From the sequence record PQ850632.1: a stretch of DNA of 43,821 nucleotides. One strand, 5' to 3'. The position numbers and the translations under genes were made by a program. Each line of letters starts with the position of its first letter. Within the stretch, counting starts at the first letter, position 1. Shown piece by piece: positions 35,527 to 42,810 of this stretch. The stretch comes from Escherichia phage VerenaMeyer_Bas76. Below the pieces are notes generated by a model. It had not been told where the DNA came from. It searched no databases and worked only from the letters and a program-made list of their open reading frames with translations.

Positions 35527-35651
35527 TTCTTTTTCTCCGCACGTTCTAAGGCTTCCTGCATACGGCGCATTGCGCGGTTCATCTTTACCGGCGCGAAGAA
35601 ATCGGCGCCGTGTTTCTGTCGGCGCAGCTGTGGAACTATTAACTTCGTCAT
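35523..35651 (-). CDS. hypothetical 42-aa basic peptide (below cutoff)
   Basis: Manual translation MTKLIVPQLRRQKHGADFFAPVKMNRAMRRMQEALERAEKKK. Stop overlaps the primase ATG (ATGA). Confidence 0.3.
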   Translation of the reverse strand: MTKLIVPQLRRQKHGADFFAPVKMNRAMRRMQEALERAEKKK

Positions 35652-35720
35652 TGTATAATCCTTGTGCTTACTTTGATGATTTGTGCTTTGGCCCCGACGT
35701 TCTTGCGTTGGGGTTTCTTT

Positions 35721-36011
35721 TTACCGTTTAGCCAACTCTTCCAGCAAATTTTTATACTCTTCAAAATATTCCTCGACCAAATCATCGCCGAAATAGAAGT
35801 CGATATACTCGAGATTATCTCTTACGTTAAGCGATGCCGACATGGTGCTTAGTTGGCGTAAGCTAATTAGCTTCATTTCTGTTTCTACACAGAAAGGCCG
35901 GTAGGTATCAAGATGGCAAGAGATATTGAAACATAAGGCGAACTCTCCCGCCACGGTGTGGACCATATACACTTCGTTTTCTGCTTTATTGTGGAAAATT
36001 ACGCCTTTCAT
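35721..36011 (-). CDS. hypothetical protein (96 aa)
   Basis: ATGA-coupled to the upstream HTH gene. No motif recognised. Confidence 0.45.
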   Translation of the reverse strand: MKGVIFHNKAENEVYMVHTVAGEFALCFNISCHLDTYRPFCVETEMKLISLRQLSTMSASLNVRDNLEYIDFYFGDDLVEEYFEEYKNLLEELAKR

Positions 36012-36190
36012 TTCACGTTCTCCTTAATCCATGCTTCGACTTTATTACGGTCAAATGTTCCCGGTAAACGGCGGCCCATAACCTTAATACAGCAGTCAGG
36101 GAATTTGCCGCTGCGCAACCAGTTATTAATGGTCTGACGTGTCACCCCGATACGTTCAGCTACTTCATTCTGCGTCATATAATGCGACAT
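36008..36190 (-). CDS. AlpA/excisionase-like HTH DNA-binding protein
   Basis: Motif MTQNEVAERIGVTRQTINNWLRSGKFP. ATG at 36190 preceded by AGGAGAT; the ORF track extends to 36304. Confidence 0.55.
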   Translation of the reverse strand: MSHYMTQNEVAERIGVTRQTINNWLRSGKFPDCCIKVMGRRLPGTFDRNKVEAWIKENVK

Positions 36191-36287
36191 TTTTATATCT
36201 CCTGTTTGTTTGGTGAAACTGAGTATAGGATAGCGGGAATGTAAAAGCAACCAATCTCTGTAATATTTAATCTTTACAAAAATGTTA

Positions 36288-36317
36288 TTGAAAGTTCTTG
36301 ACACATGTTTGTATAAT
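36288..36317 (+). promoter_or_regulatory. candidate promoter TTGAAA-N18-TATAAT
   Basis: -35 at 36288-36293, -10 at 36312-36317. Directs transcription into the non-coding region 36325-36540. Confidence 0.3.
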
Positions 36318-36344
36318 GGTTTTGGGACTTGTATATATTACGGA

Positions 36345-36376
36345 GTTGACGAACCCTCCCCGAGGGATTCGTCAAC
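36345..36376 (+). other. long imperfect hairpin (GTTGACGAACCCTC / GAGGGATTCGTCAAC) in the control region
   Basis: 14-bp stem with one bulge and a 3-nt loop, seen directly. Flanked by two copies of the 12-mer AACCCTCCCCGA (36352-36363 and 36568-36579). Confidence 0.5.
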
Positions 36377-36516
36377 CCCTCCCAGACAGCTGAGATGCTT
36401 GCCTTGGGGTTTAAGGATAAGTGTATCTAAATCTCATTTAAAGAAGTAACCCGCTGAAATATCTACTGTTTCTTAATGTGCCGTAGATTCGCAACCGTAA
36501 AAATGTAACGATTATT

Positions 36517-36540
36517 GGGCAGGCTTAAGCCTGCCCTTTA
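36517..36540 (+). terminator. terminator-like hairpin GGGCAGGC-TTAA-GCCTGCCC plus TTTA
   Basis: Perfect 8-bp GC-rich stem with a short T-run. Confidence 0.4.
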
Positions 36541-36608
36541 GTTACCAAGTAATAAGAATAAAGGCACAACCCTCCCCGAAGAATCACAACGGCAACGTAA
36601 CTATTCTC

Positions 36609-36637
36609 TTGCACACCCCAATATAATAGGATACTAT
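36609..36637 (+). promoter_or_regulatory. sigma70-type promoter TTGCAC-N17-TACTAT (early promoter family copy 3)
   Basis: TTGCACACCCCAATATAATAGGATACTATTCA followed by the leader CGAAACGAGACAGAGGAG. Confidence 0.55.
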
Positions 36638-36662
36638 TCACTTATCGAAACGAGACAGAGGA

Positions 36663-36863
36663 GTGGTGGTTATGTTTAAGAAGGGTCAGTTGATTAAAAC
36701 GATGTACGGTAGCTTAGGTATTATTGAAAAGAAATCGGCAGTGTACCGAAGTTCTTATGTCGTTAGCTTACTCAGGGAGCACGGGTTAAGTTCCGCGGCG
36801 TATTACCAAGAGTATGAAATGAAACTAATTGGCAACAATTTTAAATTCAAAGGGGTGAAGTGA
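36663..36863 (+). CDS. hypothetical early protein (66 aa)
   Basis: First ORF after promoter copy 3. GTG 36663 or ATG 36672. Confidence 0.45.
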   Translation: MVVMFKKGQLIKTMYGSLGIIEKKSAVYRSSYVVSLLREHGLSSAAYYQEYEMKLIGNNFKFKGVK

Positions 36864-37078
36864 TGGAAGAATTAATTTGTATTGAATCCCGCCAGGATGT
36901 GCAGGATTGGTTTGTGAAAGGTAACAAATATTCGTCAGGAGTATATTACGACGGCCGTCGATACGTTTTAGATGAAGACGGTGATGAATGGGATTTAGAG
37001 GACACTGTGGGCGAGACTTTAACCGTTAGTTTTCTTCAATGTTGTTTCCGCATCATTCACAACGGCGCCGAATCATGA
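36860..37078 (+). CDS. hypothetical early protein (72 aa)
   Basis: Start overlaps the upstream stop. Acidic protein. Confidence 0.45.
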   Translation: MMEELICIESRQDVQDWFVKGNKYSSGVYYDGRRYVLDEDGDEWDLEDTVGETLTVSFLQCCFRIIHNGAES

Positions 37079-37110
37079 TGCTCGTGCCGACGACTCTGAG
37101 GGAGGTTGCC

Positions 37111-37335
37111 GTGAATAATATTTTAATTGTGGGGGTTGATATGAGTCCGTATAACCAATTCCGCCTTGAGCGTCTACGTCGCGGATTAAGTAACGCTAAA
37201 TTAGCTCTCGATATATGGGAGAGTACGCCATATTTTTCCTCGAAGGCCTGGTATGTAGCTCGCGCTAAAGCGTCCGTACAGTACCGCGAGTATAAGTTAA
37301 ACAGTTTCCTTAAACACCACGGGGTAGCGTTATGA
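37111..37335 (+). CDS. hypothetical early protein (74 aa)
   Basis: GTG 37111 after GAGGGAGG. The ORF track extends upstream to 37039. Confidence 0.4.
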   Translation: MNNILIVGVDMSPYNQFRLERLRRGLSNAKLALDIWESTPYFSSKAWYVARAKASVQYREYKLNSFLKHHGVAL

Positions 37336-37475
37336 GAGAAGCATTCGAACGATGGGCCGTCGTAGAGGGTCTGCCGGTTAACAAGGGTTTAAAGAAAGAG
37401 TACCTGAACGTTAAGACGCGTCTTGCGTGGCGGGCGTGGAAAGCTGGTGCGCAAGCTGTGATGAATAAGGGGTGA
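37332..37475 (+). CDS. hypothetical 47-aa protein (below cutoff)
   Basis: ATGA-coupled. Manual translation MREAFERWAVVEGLPVNKGLKKEYLNVKTRLAWRAWKAGAQAVMNKG. Confidence 0.3.
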   Translation: MREAFERWAVVEGLPVNKGLKKEYLNVKTRLAWRAWKAGAQAVMNKG

Positions 37476-37478
37476 TTT

Positions 37479-37673
37479 ATGGGTAAGTGGATTAAGTGTA
37501 GTGAGCGAATGCCGGGTGACTTTGAAGATGTCCTGGTTTCGGATGGGGGTAACGTTGAGGTGATGTGGTGGGACTGCGACGGTTTCTGGGATTGTTGGGC
37601 GCCGCGCAACTCAAACATCGATATAGACGATGTGACTCACTGGATGCCGTTACCTGAGCCGCCAGAAGTGTGA
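37479..37673 (+). CDS. DUF551-like small protein
   Basis: 64 aa. C-terminal WMPLPEPP motif and Cys/Trp-rich core typical of the phage DUF551 family. Confidence 0.5.
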   Translation: MGKWIKCSERMPGDFEDVLVSDGGNVEVMWWDCDGFWDCWAPRNSNIDIDDVTHWMPLPEPPEV

Positions 37674-37714
37674 TGTTATATTGTAACAATAGTTTGGGAT
37701 TTTACTGAGTGACT

Positions 37715-37736
37715 TACGCTGCTACACAGCAGCGTA
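37715..37736 (+). other. 9-bp stem-loop TACGCTGCT-ACAC-AGCAGCGTA in an intergenic region
   Basis: Perfect inverted repeat, followed by a second hairpin GTGTCG...CGACAC at about 37751-37770. Confidence 0.4.
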
Positions 37737-37816
37737 CAACTTTAGATTAGTGTCGTCAAAAAGCGACACTTTCACCAAACGCAACAATCGAAGTGACTAT
37801 TGCAGGAGACGCAACA

Positions 37817-37984
37817 ATGATTACTAAAGAACAAGCGCAATCATTATATGATGCGATTATCGCAGTTGCAGAGGCACACGCGGACTACGCAACAGCGGAT
37901 TACTATAGTGTTGACGACGCTGGGGGTAGGAAACGCGAGGCCGAGACAAATTTATGGGATGTGTTGCAGAGGATGACCTCGTAA
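37817..37984 (+). CDS. hypothetical early protein (55 aa)
   Basis: ATG 37817 after AGGAGA. The ORF track starts at GTG 37793. Confidence 0.35.
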   Translation: MITKEQAQSLYDAIIAVAEAHADYATADYYSVDDAGGRKREAETNLWDVLQRMTS

Positions 37985-38024
37985 CCTGTCCCGTGGTGAC
38001 AATACAAACACCAATAAAATTTAC

Positions 38025-38053
38025 TTGCACACTAAGATAGAATAGGCTACTAT
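38025..38053 (+). promoter_or_regulatory. sigma70-type promoter TTGCAC-N17-TACTAT (early promoter family copy 4)
   Basis: TTGCACACTAAGATAGAATAGGCTACTATTCA followed by the leader ACACAAACGAGAGGAGAGACGGAAG. Confidence 0.55.
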
Positions 38054-38084
38054 TCATTTACACAAACGAGAGGAGAGACGGAAG

Positions 38085-38234
38085 ATGGTTACTTTGATGG
38101 ATATGGAATTCGAAAACAGCGTAGCAACTTACCGCGAGATGACTATGGCGCAGGCGTATCACCTGGCCTCAAACGGCAACTTCTACAAGGCGCAAATCAT
38201 CAATGAGTTCGGGGTAATTGACTATGAATTTTAA
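38085..38234 (+). CDS. hypothetical 49-aa protein (below cutoff)
   Basis: ATG 38085 after GAGGAGAGA. Manual translation MVTLMDMEFENSVATYREMTMAQAYHLASNGNFYKAQIINEFGVIDYEF. Confidence 0.4.
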   Translation: MVTLMDMEFENSVATYREMTMAQAYHLASNGNFYKAQIINEFGVIDYEF

Positions 38235-38496
38235 CAGTTACACCGTGACCGTTGATTTTGAGGGGCTGGAGTTGCCCCTCCCCAACAACTACAGATATAT
38301 AACACGTGACCGTTTCGGTTTTATCCAGGGGTGGCGGAACAAACCAACAGACACTGAGTTCGGGATGTCAGGAGGAGAAGAGTTGCCGATCACTTTCGGG
38401 CATCAGAGTAGTAATGAAAAACTTAAAACTGTGATTCGTAAGTATCGACGCCGTGGTAATACCGGGCTTATAGCGATAACCGGCGCTGTTGAGTAA
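38224..38496 (+). CDS. hypothetical early protein (about 90 aa)
   Basis: ORF track 38218..38496. ATG 38224 or TTG 38218. Confidence 0.4.
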   Translation: MNFNSYTVTVDFEGLELPLPNNYRYITRDRFGFIQGWRNKPTDTEFGMSGGEELPITFGHQSSNEKLKTVIRKYRRRGNTGLIAITGAVE

Positions 38497-38515
38497 ACGG
38501 GAGGAGAGACAGAAG

Positions 38516-39202
38516 ATGAGTAACAAAAACGAAGTATTCGAGTACCTGATTGACCAACTACGTCAGCAGGTAAATAACAACCAGTGCGAAGACCTGGCGC
38601 ATGAGGTGCAGTCACTTAAGAATCAGTTACGTGATGCGTCGGCGCTGGTGGCGGAGTTGCAGGAAGACAACATTAAGAAATCTGAGCACATATCGCACCT
38701 GTCGGAACTGGTGGACGAGTTGATGGGGACTATAACGTTAATGAACGGGGACGTTGAGGCTTACAAAGTTCTACGCAAATGTGCGTGCGCCTATGGGCAA
38801 TCCGGTTGTCGCGACGACGCCGCTCATATCGAGAAATCGTGGATTGAGCACGCTGGCGCCGCATGCCCTGTACCGGACGATACTGTTGTTGATATTAAAT
38901 TCCGAAACGGCAAAATGGAAAGTAATACCAAAGCGCTATGGTGGAGTTGGGGCCTAAATGGCGGACCATACGAAATTGTTGCGTACCGTGTTGCCGCGCA
39001 ACAATGCAATAAGGACGATACTCGTGAGTGCGCGCATGATTGGGTGCTGGACGAAAAAGGGGACTACTTCATTTGCGCTAAATGCGGTAAGCAAGAAGCT
39101 GACTTAATTGATTGCCGACACACTAATACCGTCGGTTTGCGTAAGGGCTTTGCGCCGGGGTTTACTAAAAAGTGTCTGGATTGCGGGGCTAAACTGAAAT
39201 GA
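38516..39202 (+). CDS. coiled-coil / Cys-rich zinc-ribbon protein (228 aa)
   Basis: ATG 38516 after GGGAGGAGAGA. N-terminal heptad-like region; C-terminal CxxC pairs (CAKCG...CLDCG). Confidence 0.5.
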   Translation: MSNKNEVFEYLIDQLRQQVNNNQCEDLAHEVQSLKNQLRDASALVAELQEDNIKKSEHISHLSELVDELMGTITLMNGDVEAYKVLRKCACAYGQSGCRDDAAHIEKSWIEHAGAACPVPDDTVVDIKFRNGKMESNTKALWWSWGLNGGPYEIVAYRVAAQQCNKDDTRECAHDWVLDEKGDYFICAKCGKQEADLIDCRHTNTVGLRKGFAPGFTKKCLDCGAKLK

Positions 39203-39402
39203 CCAGCATCCTCTTTATCTGGGTACTGTCCGCAGGCCAGATGCAACTGGCGGCAGCAGAAACGTTTTATTCGATGGAGGCGTGCCAGTCAGCGGCACGC
39301 GCCGCAGAGAACGCGCACTTCCTGTTTCAGGGCGACAAGCCAAACGATTCAGAGGTACGCGCTATCTGCTCACCTAAGCGACTTGGTAAACAGGAGAAAT
39401 AA
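39199..39402 (+). CDS. small protein with N-terminal hydrophobic (signal-like) segment (67 aa)
   Basis: ATGA-coupled. N-terminus MTSILFIWVLSAGQMQLAAA. Confidence 0.4.
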   Translation: MTSILFIWVLSAGQMQLAAAETFYSMEACQSAARAAENAHFLFQGDKPNDSEVRAICSPKRLGKQEK

Positions 39403-39403
39403 C

Positions 39404-39589
39404 ATGGTACAGAGATACGATGTATGGTGCATAGAAGATATTTTTAAGAATAGCCACGACGGTAGCTATGTTAAATACGAAGACTACGCGAAACTCGAAG
39501 CCGAGTTGCAGAAATACAAGGACCAGTTTCCTGATTACGTCGAGTGCGCGAACTGCGGGTCGGTTATACATGTGGAGGGGGTGGAGTGA
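39404..39589 (+). CDS. hypothetical protein with C-terminal CxxC (61 aa)
   Basis: ATG 39404 after CAGGAGAAA. Ends ECANCGSVIHVEGVE. Confidence 0.4.
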   Translation: MVQRYDVWCIEDIFKNSHDGSYVKYEDYAKLEAELQKYKDQFPDYVECANCGSVIHVEGVE

Positions 39590-39591
39590 AG

Positions 39592-39816
39592 ATGACGAGT
39601 AGAGAGCAGTTTTATGAATGGTTTTATGAATATACCGCATGCGACCCAAATGACATTAGGTATGTGGATATGGTCGAGATGTATTGGATGGCATGGAAGG
39701 CATCGCGAGAGGCGATTGAGGTTCAAGCGTGCCCATGCCCAAACGACCATGGCCCGTATGTTGATGACCATTATCGCGAGCAAATTAATAACGCAGGCCT
39801 AAAGTTGAAAAAATGA
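39592..39816 (+). CDS. hypothetical protein (74 aa)
   Basis: ATG 39592 (GTG 39586 alternative) after GGAGGGGG. Contains a CPCPNDHG motif. Confidence 0.4.
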   Translation: MTSREQFYEWFYEYTACDPNDIRYVDMVEMYWMAWKASREAIEVQACPCPNDHGPYVDDHYREQINNAGLKLKK

Positions 39817-39898
39817 TTATCCAACTGAACGACAGCATGAAAGCCGATACCATTCAGCTTGAAGATTACGGCATACAACTCGCGGAGATTCTCGCCCT

Positions 39899-40192
39899 AT
39901 GAGCCTTGCAACTGACATCCTGAAACGGAGCGGCCTTGCGCCGCTGTCGCCGAGAGCGAACACACGAATATACAAGCGCCGCCGTAATGCGCTGTACCCT
40001 GAGATTCAGGCCAGACGCAAAGCAGTCCGCGCCTGCGGATTCCAGAACGGGAAGGCTGTGAATCTCGGTGAGTTTAAAACAAAGGAACGTGCGGCTATCG
40101 CTAATCGGTTATTTAATTACTGGAAATCGCTGGGTTATGAAGATATTCCGACGAAACCACAGAGACGACAATACATCTGGCGTCATAAATAA
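39899..40192 (+). CDS. basic protein (97 aa), possible nucleic-acid binding
   Basis: Lys/Arg-rich (RRRNALYPEIQARRKAVR...). Preceded by an ATGA-coupled 29-codon micro-ORF at 39813..39902. Confidence 0.45.
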   Translation: MSLATDILKRSGLAPLSPRANTRIYKRRRNALYPEIQARRKAVRACGFQNGKAVNLGEFKTKERAAIANRLFNYWKSLGYEDIPTKPQRRQYIWRHK

Positions 40193-40222
40193 ACCGTTAT
40201 TAAGATAATTCCTAACCGTGCT

Positions 40223-40262
40223 ATCCTCCAGTTACTGCATACTTAATACGCACCTGGAGGAT
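40223..40262 (+). promoter_or_regulatory. inverted repeat ATCCTCCAG...CTGGAGGAT occluding the holin Shine-Dalgarno
   Basis: Perfect 9-bp inverted repeat (40223-40231 and 40254-40262). The right arm contains the GGAGGA Shine-Dalgarno of the holin gene, which starts at 40268. Confidence 0.45.
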
Positions 40263-40267
40263 TCATC

Positions 40268-40576
40268 TTGGATAAATTTACTGAAACAGTGACAGGCTGG
40301 CTTCTCGCTGCCGCACTAGCCGGAGGGGTAATCGGACTAAGGCAACATAAGTCCGCTATTTCCGGCCCTATCGACGGCTTCTGCTTTATTGCAACTGGCT
40401 TCACTTGCGCCGTATTTGGCGCACCTCTCGCAGCTCAATGGTTTGGCATTACCGGGGAACGCGAGATAGCGGGCCTCGGATTCATCATTGCCATTCTCTG
40501 GATGCCTATCTATTCCCGCCTTTCTGGCATCGTATCGGGCGGCGATATTGCCCGCCCAGGAGGACCACATGACTGA
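40268..40576 (+). CDS. holin (putative, three transmembrane segments)
   Basis: 102 aa, TTG start 6 nt after GGAGGA. Three hydrophobic segments. Immediately upstream of a second membrane protein and the endolysin. Confidence 0.55.
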   Translation: MDKFTETVTGWLLAAALAGGVIGLRQHKSAISGPIDGFCFIATGFTCAVFGAPLAAQWFGITGEREIAGLGFIIAILWMPIYSRLSGIVSGGDIARPGGPHD

Positions 40577-40841
40577 GCTATTCTGGTTTGCCGTAATGCT
40601 GGCAATCGGTGGCGCATCGCTGTTTAATGTATACCACCCCAGTGTTGACGATGGGTTATTTGGTCGGGTGCTCTACATCCTGACTGCTATCGTTTGCGCT
40701 GCCGGATGTATTCACCTGTTACAGGGCAGCATGTCTCCGACGCTGCCTGAGACATTAATCACATTAGTTGCGCTGCGCCAGATTCGTCAGGCGTGGCTGT
40801 CATACGGAGGACATAAGCGTGTCTCGAAACATTTCAGATAA
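40569..40841 (+). CDS. second lysis-cassette membrane protein (holin/antiholin partner candidate)
   Basis: 90 aa, ATG after GGAGGA. Two hydrophobic segments. Overlaps the holin 3' end and the endolysin 5' end. Confidence 0.45.
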   Translation: MTELFWFAVMLAIGGASLFNVYHPSVDDGLFGRVLYILTAIVCAAGCIHLLQGSMSPTLPETLITLVALRQIRQAWLSYGGHKRVSKHFR

Positions 40842-41304
40842 TGGGTTGCATTTCACCGCTGCGTTCGAGGGATTCCGAGGTACTGCGTATCGTGCTACGC
40901 CGAACGAGAAGTACCCTACTATTGGCTACGGAAGCTATGGCCCTCATGTGTATGAAGGGCAGAAGATTACGAAGGGGCAGGGCCTCCTGTTACTGAATCG
41001 TGATATGGCTAAGGCCGTAGCTGCGGTTGACGCAGCAGCACACCATTCATTGACACAGGCACAGTTCGATGCAGTGTGCGACCTGGTATACAACGCAGGT
41101 GCTGGTGTGATTGCCGCTACCACCGGCACGGGTAAGGCACTGCGTTCTGGTGATATTGCAACGCTGCGGGCTAAGCTGGCGCTGTTCATCAACCAGAACG
41201 GCAAACCGTTACTTGGCCTGCGTCGCCGTACTGCCGGTCGTCTGGCGCTGTTCGACGGTAAGCCGTGGCAAGAGGCGGAGGCTATCGGGAGGGCTGTTAA
41301 ATGA
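40819..41304 (+). CDS. endolysin (lysozyme-like, glycoside hydrolase family 24-type motifs)
   Basis: AFEGFRGTAYRATPNEKYPTIGYGS matches the catalytic Glu region and conserved TIGYG of T4-type lysozymes. GTG 40819 after GGAGGA. The ORF track start at 40768 is probably too far upstream. Confidence 0.7.
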   Translation: MSRNISDNGLHFTAAFEGFRGTAYRATPNEKYPTIGYGSYGPHVYEGQKITKGQGLLLLNRDMAKAVAAVDAAAHHSLTQAQFDAVCDLVYNAGAGVIAATTGTGKALRSGDIATLRAKLALFINQNGKPLLGLRRRTAGRLALFDGKPWQEAEAIGRAVK

Positions 41305-41431
41305 TGGACGAATACGAAGGCGTTTAGTAAACTTATCCCTACGCTGTTTGTGCTTGCATACTAAGCCCCGGTAAACCCGAAGCAGCAGCCCAAGCGGTGG
41401 AGACTGCGTAGGGTTCAAGGGCTTATGGCCA

Positions 41432-41462
41432 AAACCCGGACCGCAAATCCGGGTTTTATTTT
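41432..41462 (+). terminator. intrinsic terminator after the endolysin gene
   Basis: AACCCGGA-CCGCAAA-TCCGGGTT followed by TTATTTT. Confidence 0.6.
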
Positions 41463-41467
41463 ACCAA

Positions 41468-41496
41468 TTGACACCTAAGACTAATCCGACGATACT
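41468..41496 (+). promoter_or_regulatory. candidate promoter TTGACA-N17-GATACT
   Basis: Perfect -35 TTGACA at 41468-41473; weak -10 GATACT at 41491-41496. About 40 nt upstream of a strong terminator. Confidence 0.3.
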
Positions 41497-41535
41497 TAAA
41501 TCACCTCCTGCTCCATCCCTCTGCTCTCCAGTTTT

Positions 41536-41569
41536 ATCCCGGCCCTGACCCAGCCGGGATTTTTTTTTA
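41536..41569 (+). terminator. strong intrinsic terminator (ATCCCGGC-CCTGACCCA-GCCGGGAT plus T9)
   Basis: 8-bp GC-rich stem followed by nine T. Confidence 0.7.
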
Positions 41570-41590
41570 TCTATTTTCTGCAATGACTAG

Positions 41591-41619
41591 TTGACTATTA
41601 CCATCGACCCTATTATATT
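41591..41619 (+). promoter_or_regulatory. sigma70-type promoter TTGACT-N17-TATATT
   Basis: -35 at 41591-41596, -10 at 41614-41619, followed by the leader CGACAACGAGAACGGGGTAGAGAGAA and ATG 41654. Confidence 0.5.
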
Positions 41620-41653
41620 TACTCCATCGACAACGAGAACGGGGTAGAGAGAA

Positions 41654-41842
41654 ATGATGACTAAGATTAAGCATACCGATAACTGGGGTGATTTCATGGA
41701 GATAGAGAAATGCCGTGACGGGACATTACTTATAACTTGTACAGACGGAGATACCGACGAATCAGTTAGTGTTAACGTGAGTATGGATGATTTTATGATT
41801 ATTGTTGAGCAAGCGGCGGCTTTTTACGGAGATGATAAATGA
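41654..41842 (+). CDS. hypothetical acidic protein (62 aa)
   Basis: First gene after the promoter at 41591. Two Cys pairs. Confidence 0.45.
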   Translation: MMTKIKHTDNWGDFMEIEKCRDGTLLITCTDGDTDESVSVNVSMDDFMIIVEQAAAFYGDDK

Positions 41843-41988
41843 AAATCACAGATATCGAAGCATTCAAAGACGCACAACTGATGGTGCGCATCGCCGTTAG
41901 TAACCTGAGCAACAGCATTCCCGCGGACGCGTTCTGGTTCGCTGCAATGCAGACACTGAAAGCAGCTTATGCAGGAGAGAAGAAATGA
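41839..41988 (+). CDS. hypothetical 49-aa protein (below cutoff)
   Basis: ATGA-coupled at both ends. Manual translation MKITDIEAFKDAQLMVRIAVSNLSNSIPADAFWFAAMQTLKAAYAGEKK. Confidence 0.35.
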   Translation: MKITDIEAFKDAQLMVRIAVSNLSNSIPADAFWFAAMQTLKAAYAGEKK

Positions 41989-42182
41989 AAGTTAAAGCCG
42001 CTAAAATTCTCTGGTTAGCCGCCCTTGACTATGTCACAGAGGGTAAAGTGTATGATGTATACAACCCGACAGCTACTGGTTTCGGTTATATAGACTCCGA
42101 CGACGACTGCCATATTTTCATAGACTTTGGTAACGATGACGGTGATGGTTTCCACGGCGTTAAATGGGAGGTTGTAGAATGA
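41985..42182 (+). CDS. hypothetical acidic protein (65 aa)
   Basis: ATGA-coupled. Asp/Gly-rich C-terminus. Confidence 0.4.
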   Translation: MKVKAAKILWLAALDYVTEGKVYDVYNPTATGFGYIDSDDDCHIFIDFGNDDGDGFHGVKWEVVE

Positions 42183-42340
42183 GCGAACAAGGTCAAGTAA
42201 GCCAACCATTACGAGTAGGCCGTAAGGTGAGTCACACCCCGTTCCCGACACGCGAGGAACTGATGAAACGTAACAGTTTCCCTGGGCCGGACAAGAACAA
42301 GTATCTCAACCGCATGTGGGGAGAGCGTAAAAATGACTGA
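42179..42340 (+). CDS. hypothetical 53-aa protein (below cutoff)
   Basis: ATGA-coupled start. Manual translation begins MSEQGQVSQPLRVGRK. Confidence 0.3.
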   Translation: MSEQGQVSQPLRVGRKVSHTPFPTREELMKRNSFPGPDKNKYLNRMWGERKND

Positions 42341-42518
42341 CCGTGAATATGAAAAGATGATGGTAGAGGCCGTTAACGGCGGCGTAGACATTAGCCACGT
42401 GATGTGCGTCCTGAATAATAAAATCGCGGTAGCCGAGCAAATGGTGGAGTCGCTTTATGAGACGCGCCGCGAACTGATTAACTGCTTCAACCCGAACAAA
42501 GGTGACACCAATGCCTAA
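42333..42518 (+). CDS. hypothetical protein (61 aa)
   Basis: On the ORF track; tightly packed in the operon. Confidence 0.4.
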   Translation: MTDREYEKMMVEAVNGGVDISHVMCVLNNKIAVAEQMVESLYETRRELINCFNPNKGDTNA

Positions 42519-42810
42519 AATCACAATTGCATCGCTCGAGCGCCGTATTATGGTGCTTGAGTCGGAGAAACAGACGTTAGGCGGGCAACTGTCAATTAAC
42601 GGTGAGTTTCAACTGGAGGCGTATAAAGAACTTCTAGAGGCGTTTAAAGAGCTACAAGCCATCGCGTCTGACATAGAAAATATGATTGGATTGTTGCAAT
42701 CCGGGGAGTGGGCCGAACACTGCACTAAATCGGCGTTAGGAAAACGGCTTGAGACGGAGATTACTGACATGCTGAGTTGTCTTGTTGAGGCGCCAGATGA
42801 GCACGCCTGA
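42511..42810 (+). CDS. hypothetical coiled-coil protein (99 aa)
   Basis: ATG 42511 overlaps the upstream gene. Heptad-like N-terminus. Confidence 0.4.
   Translation: MPKITIASLERRIMVLESEKQTLGGQLSINGEFQLEAYKELLEAFKELQAIASDIENMIGLLQSGEWAEHCTKSALGKRLETEITDMLSCLVEAPDEHA

Noticed and set aside
35664-35852. Plus-strand ORF 35664..35852 downstream of a TATAAT hexamer at 35654
   Set aside because: Antisense to minus-strand gene 35721..36011, hydrophobic low-complexity translation, weak -35, no Shine-Dalgarno.
41337-41413. Possible tRNA suggested by a 7-8 bp terminal stem enclosing about 60 nt
   Set aside because: No T-loop (GTTCRA) or D-loop consensus, no CCA or discriminator context, and the internal arms do not fold as a cloverleaf. 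Kept only as a structured untranslated region.
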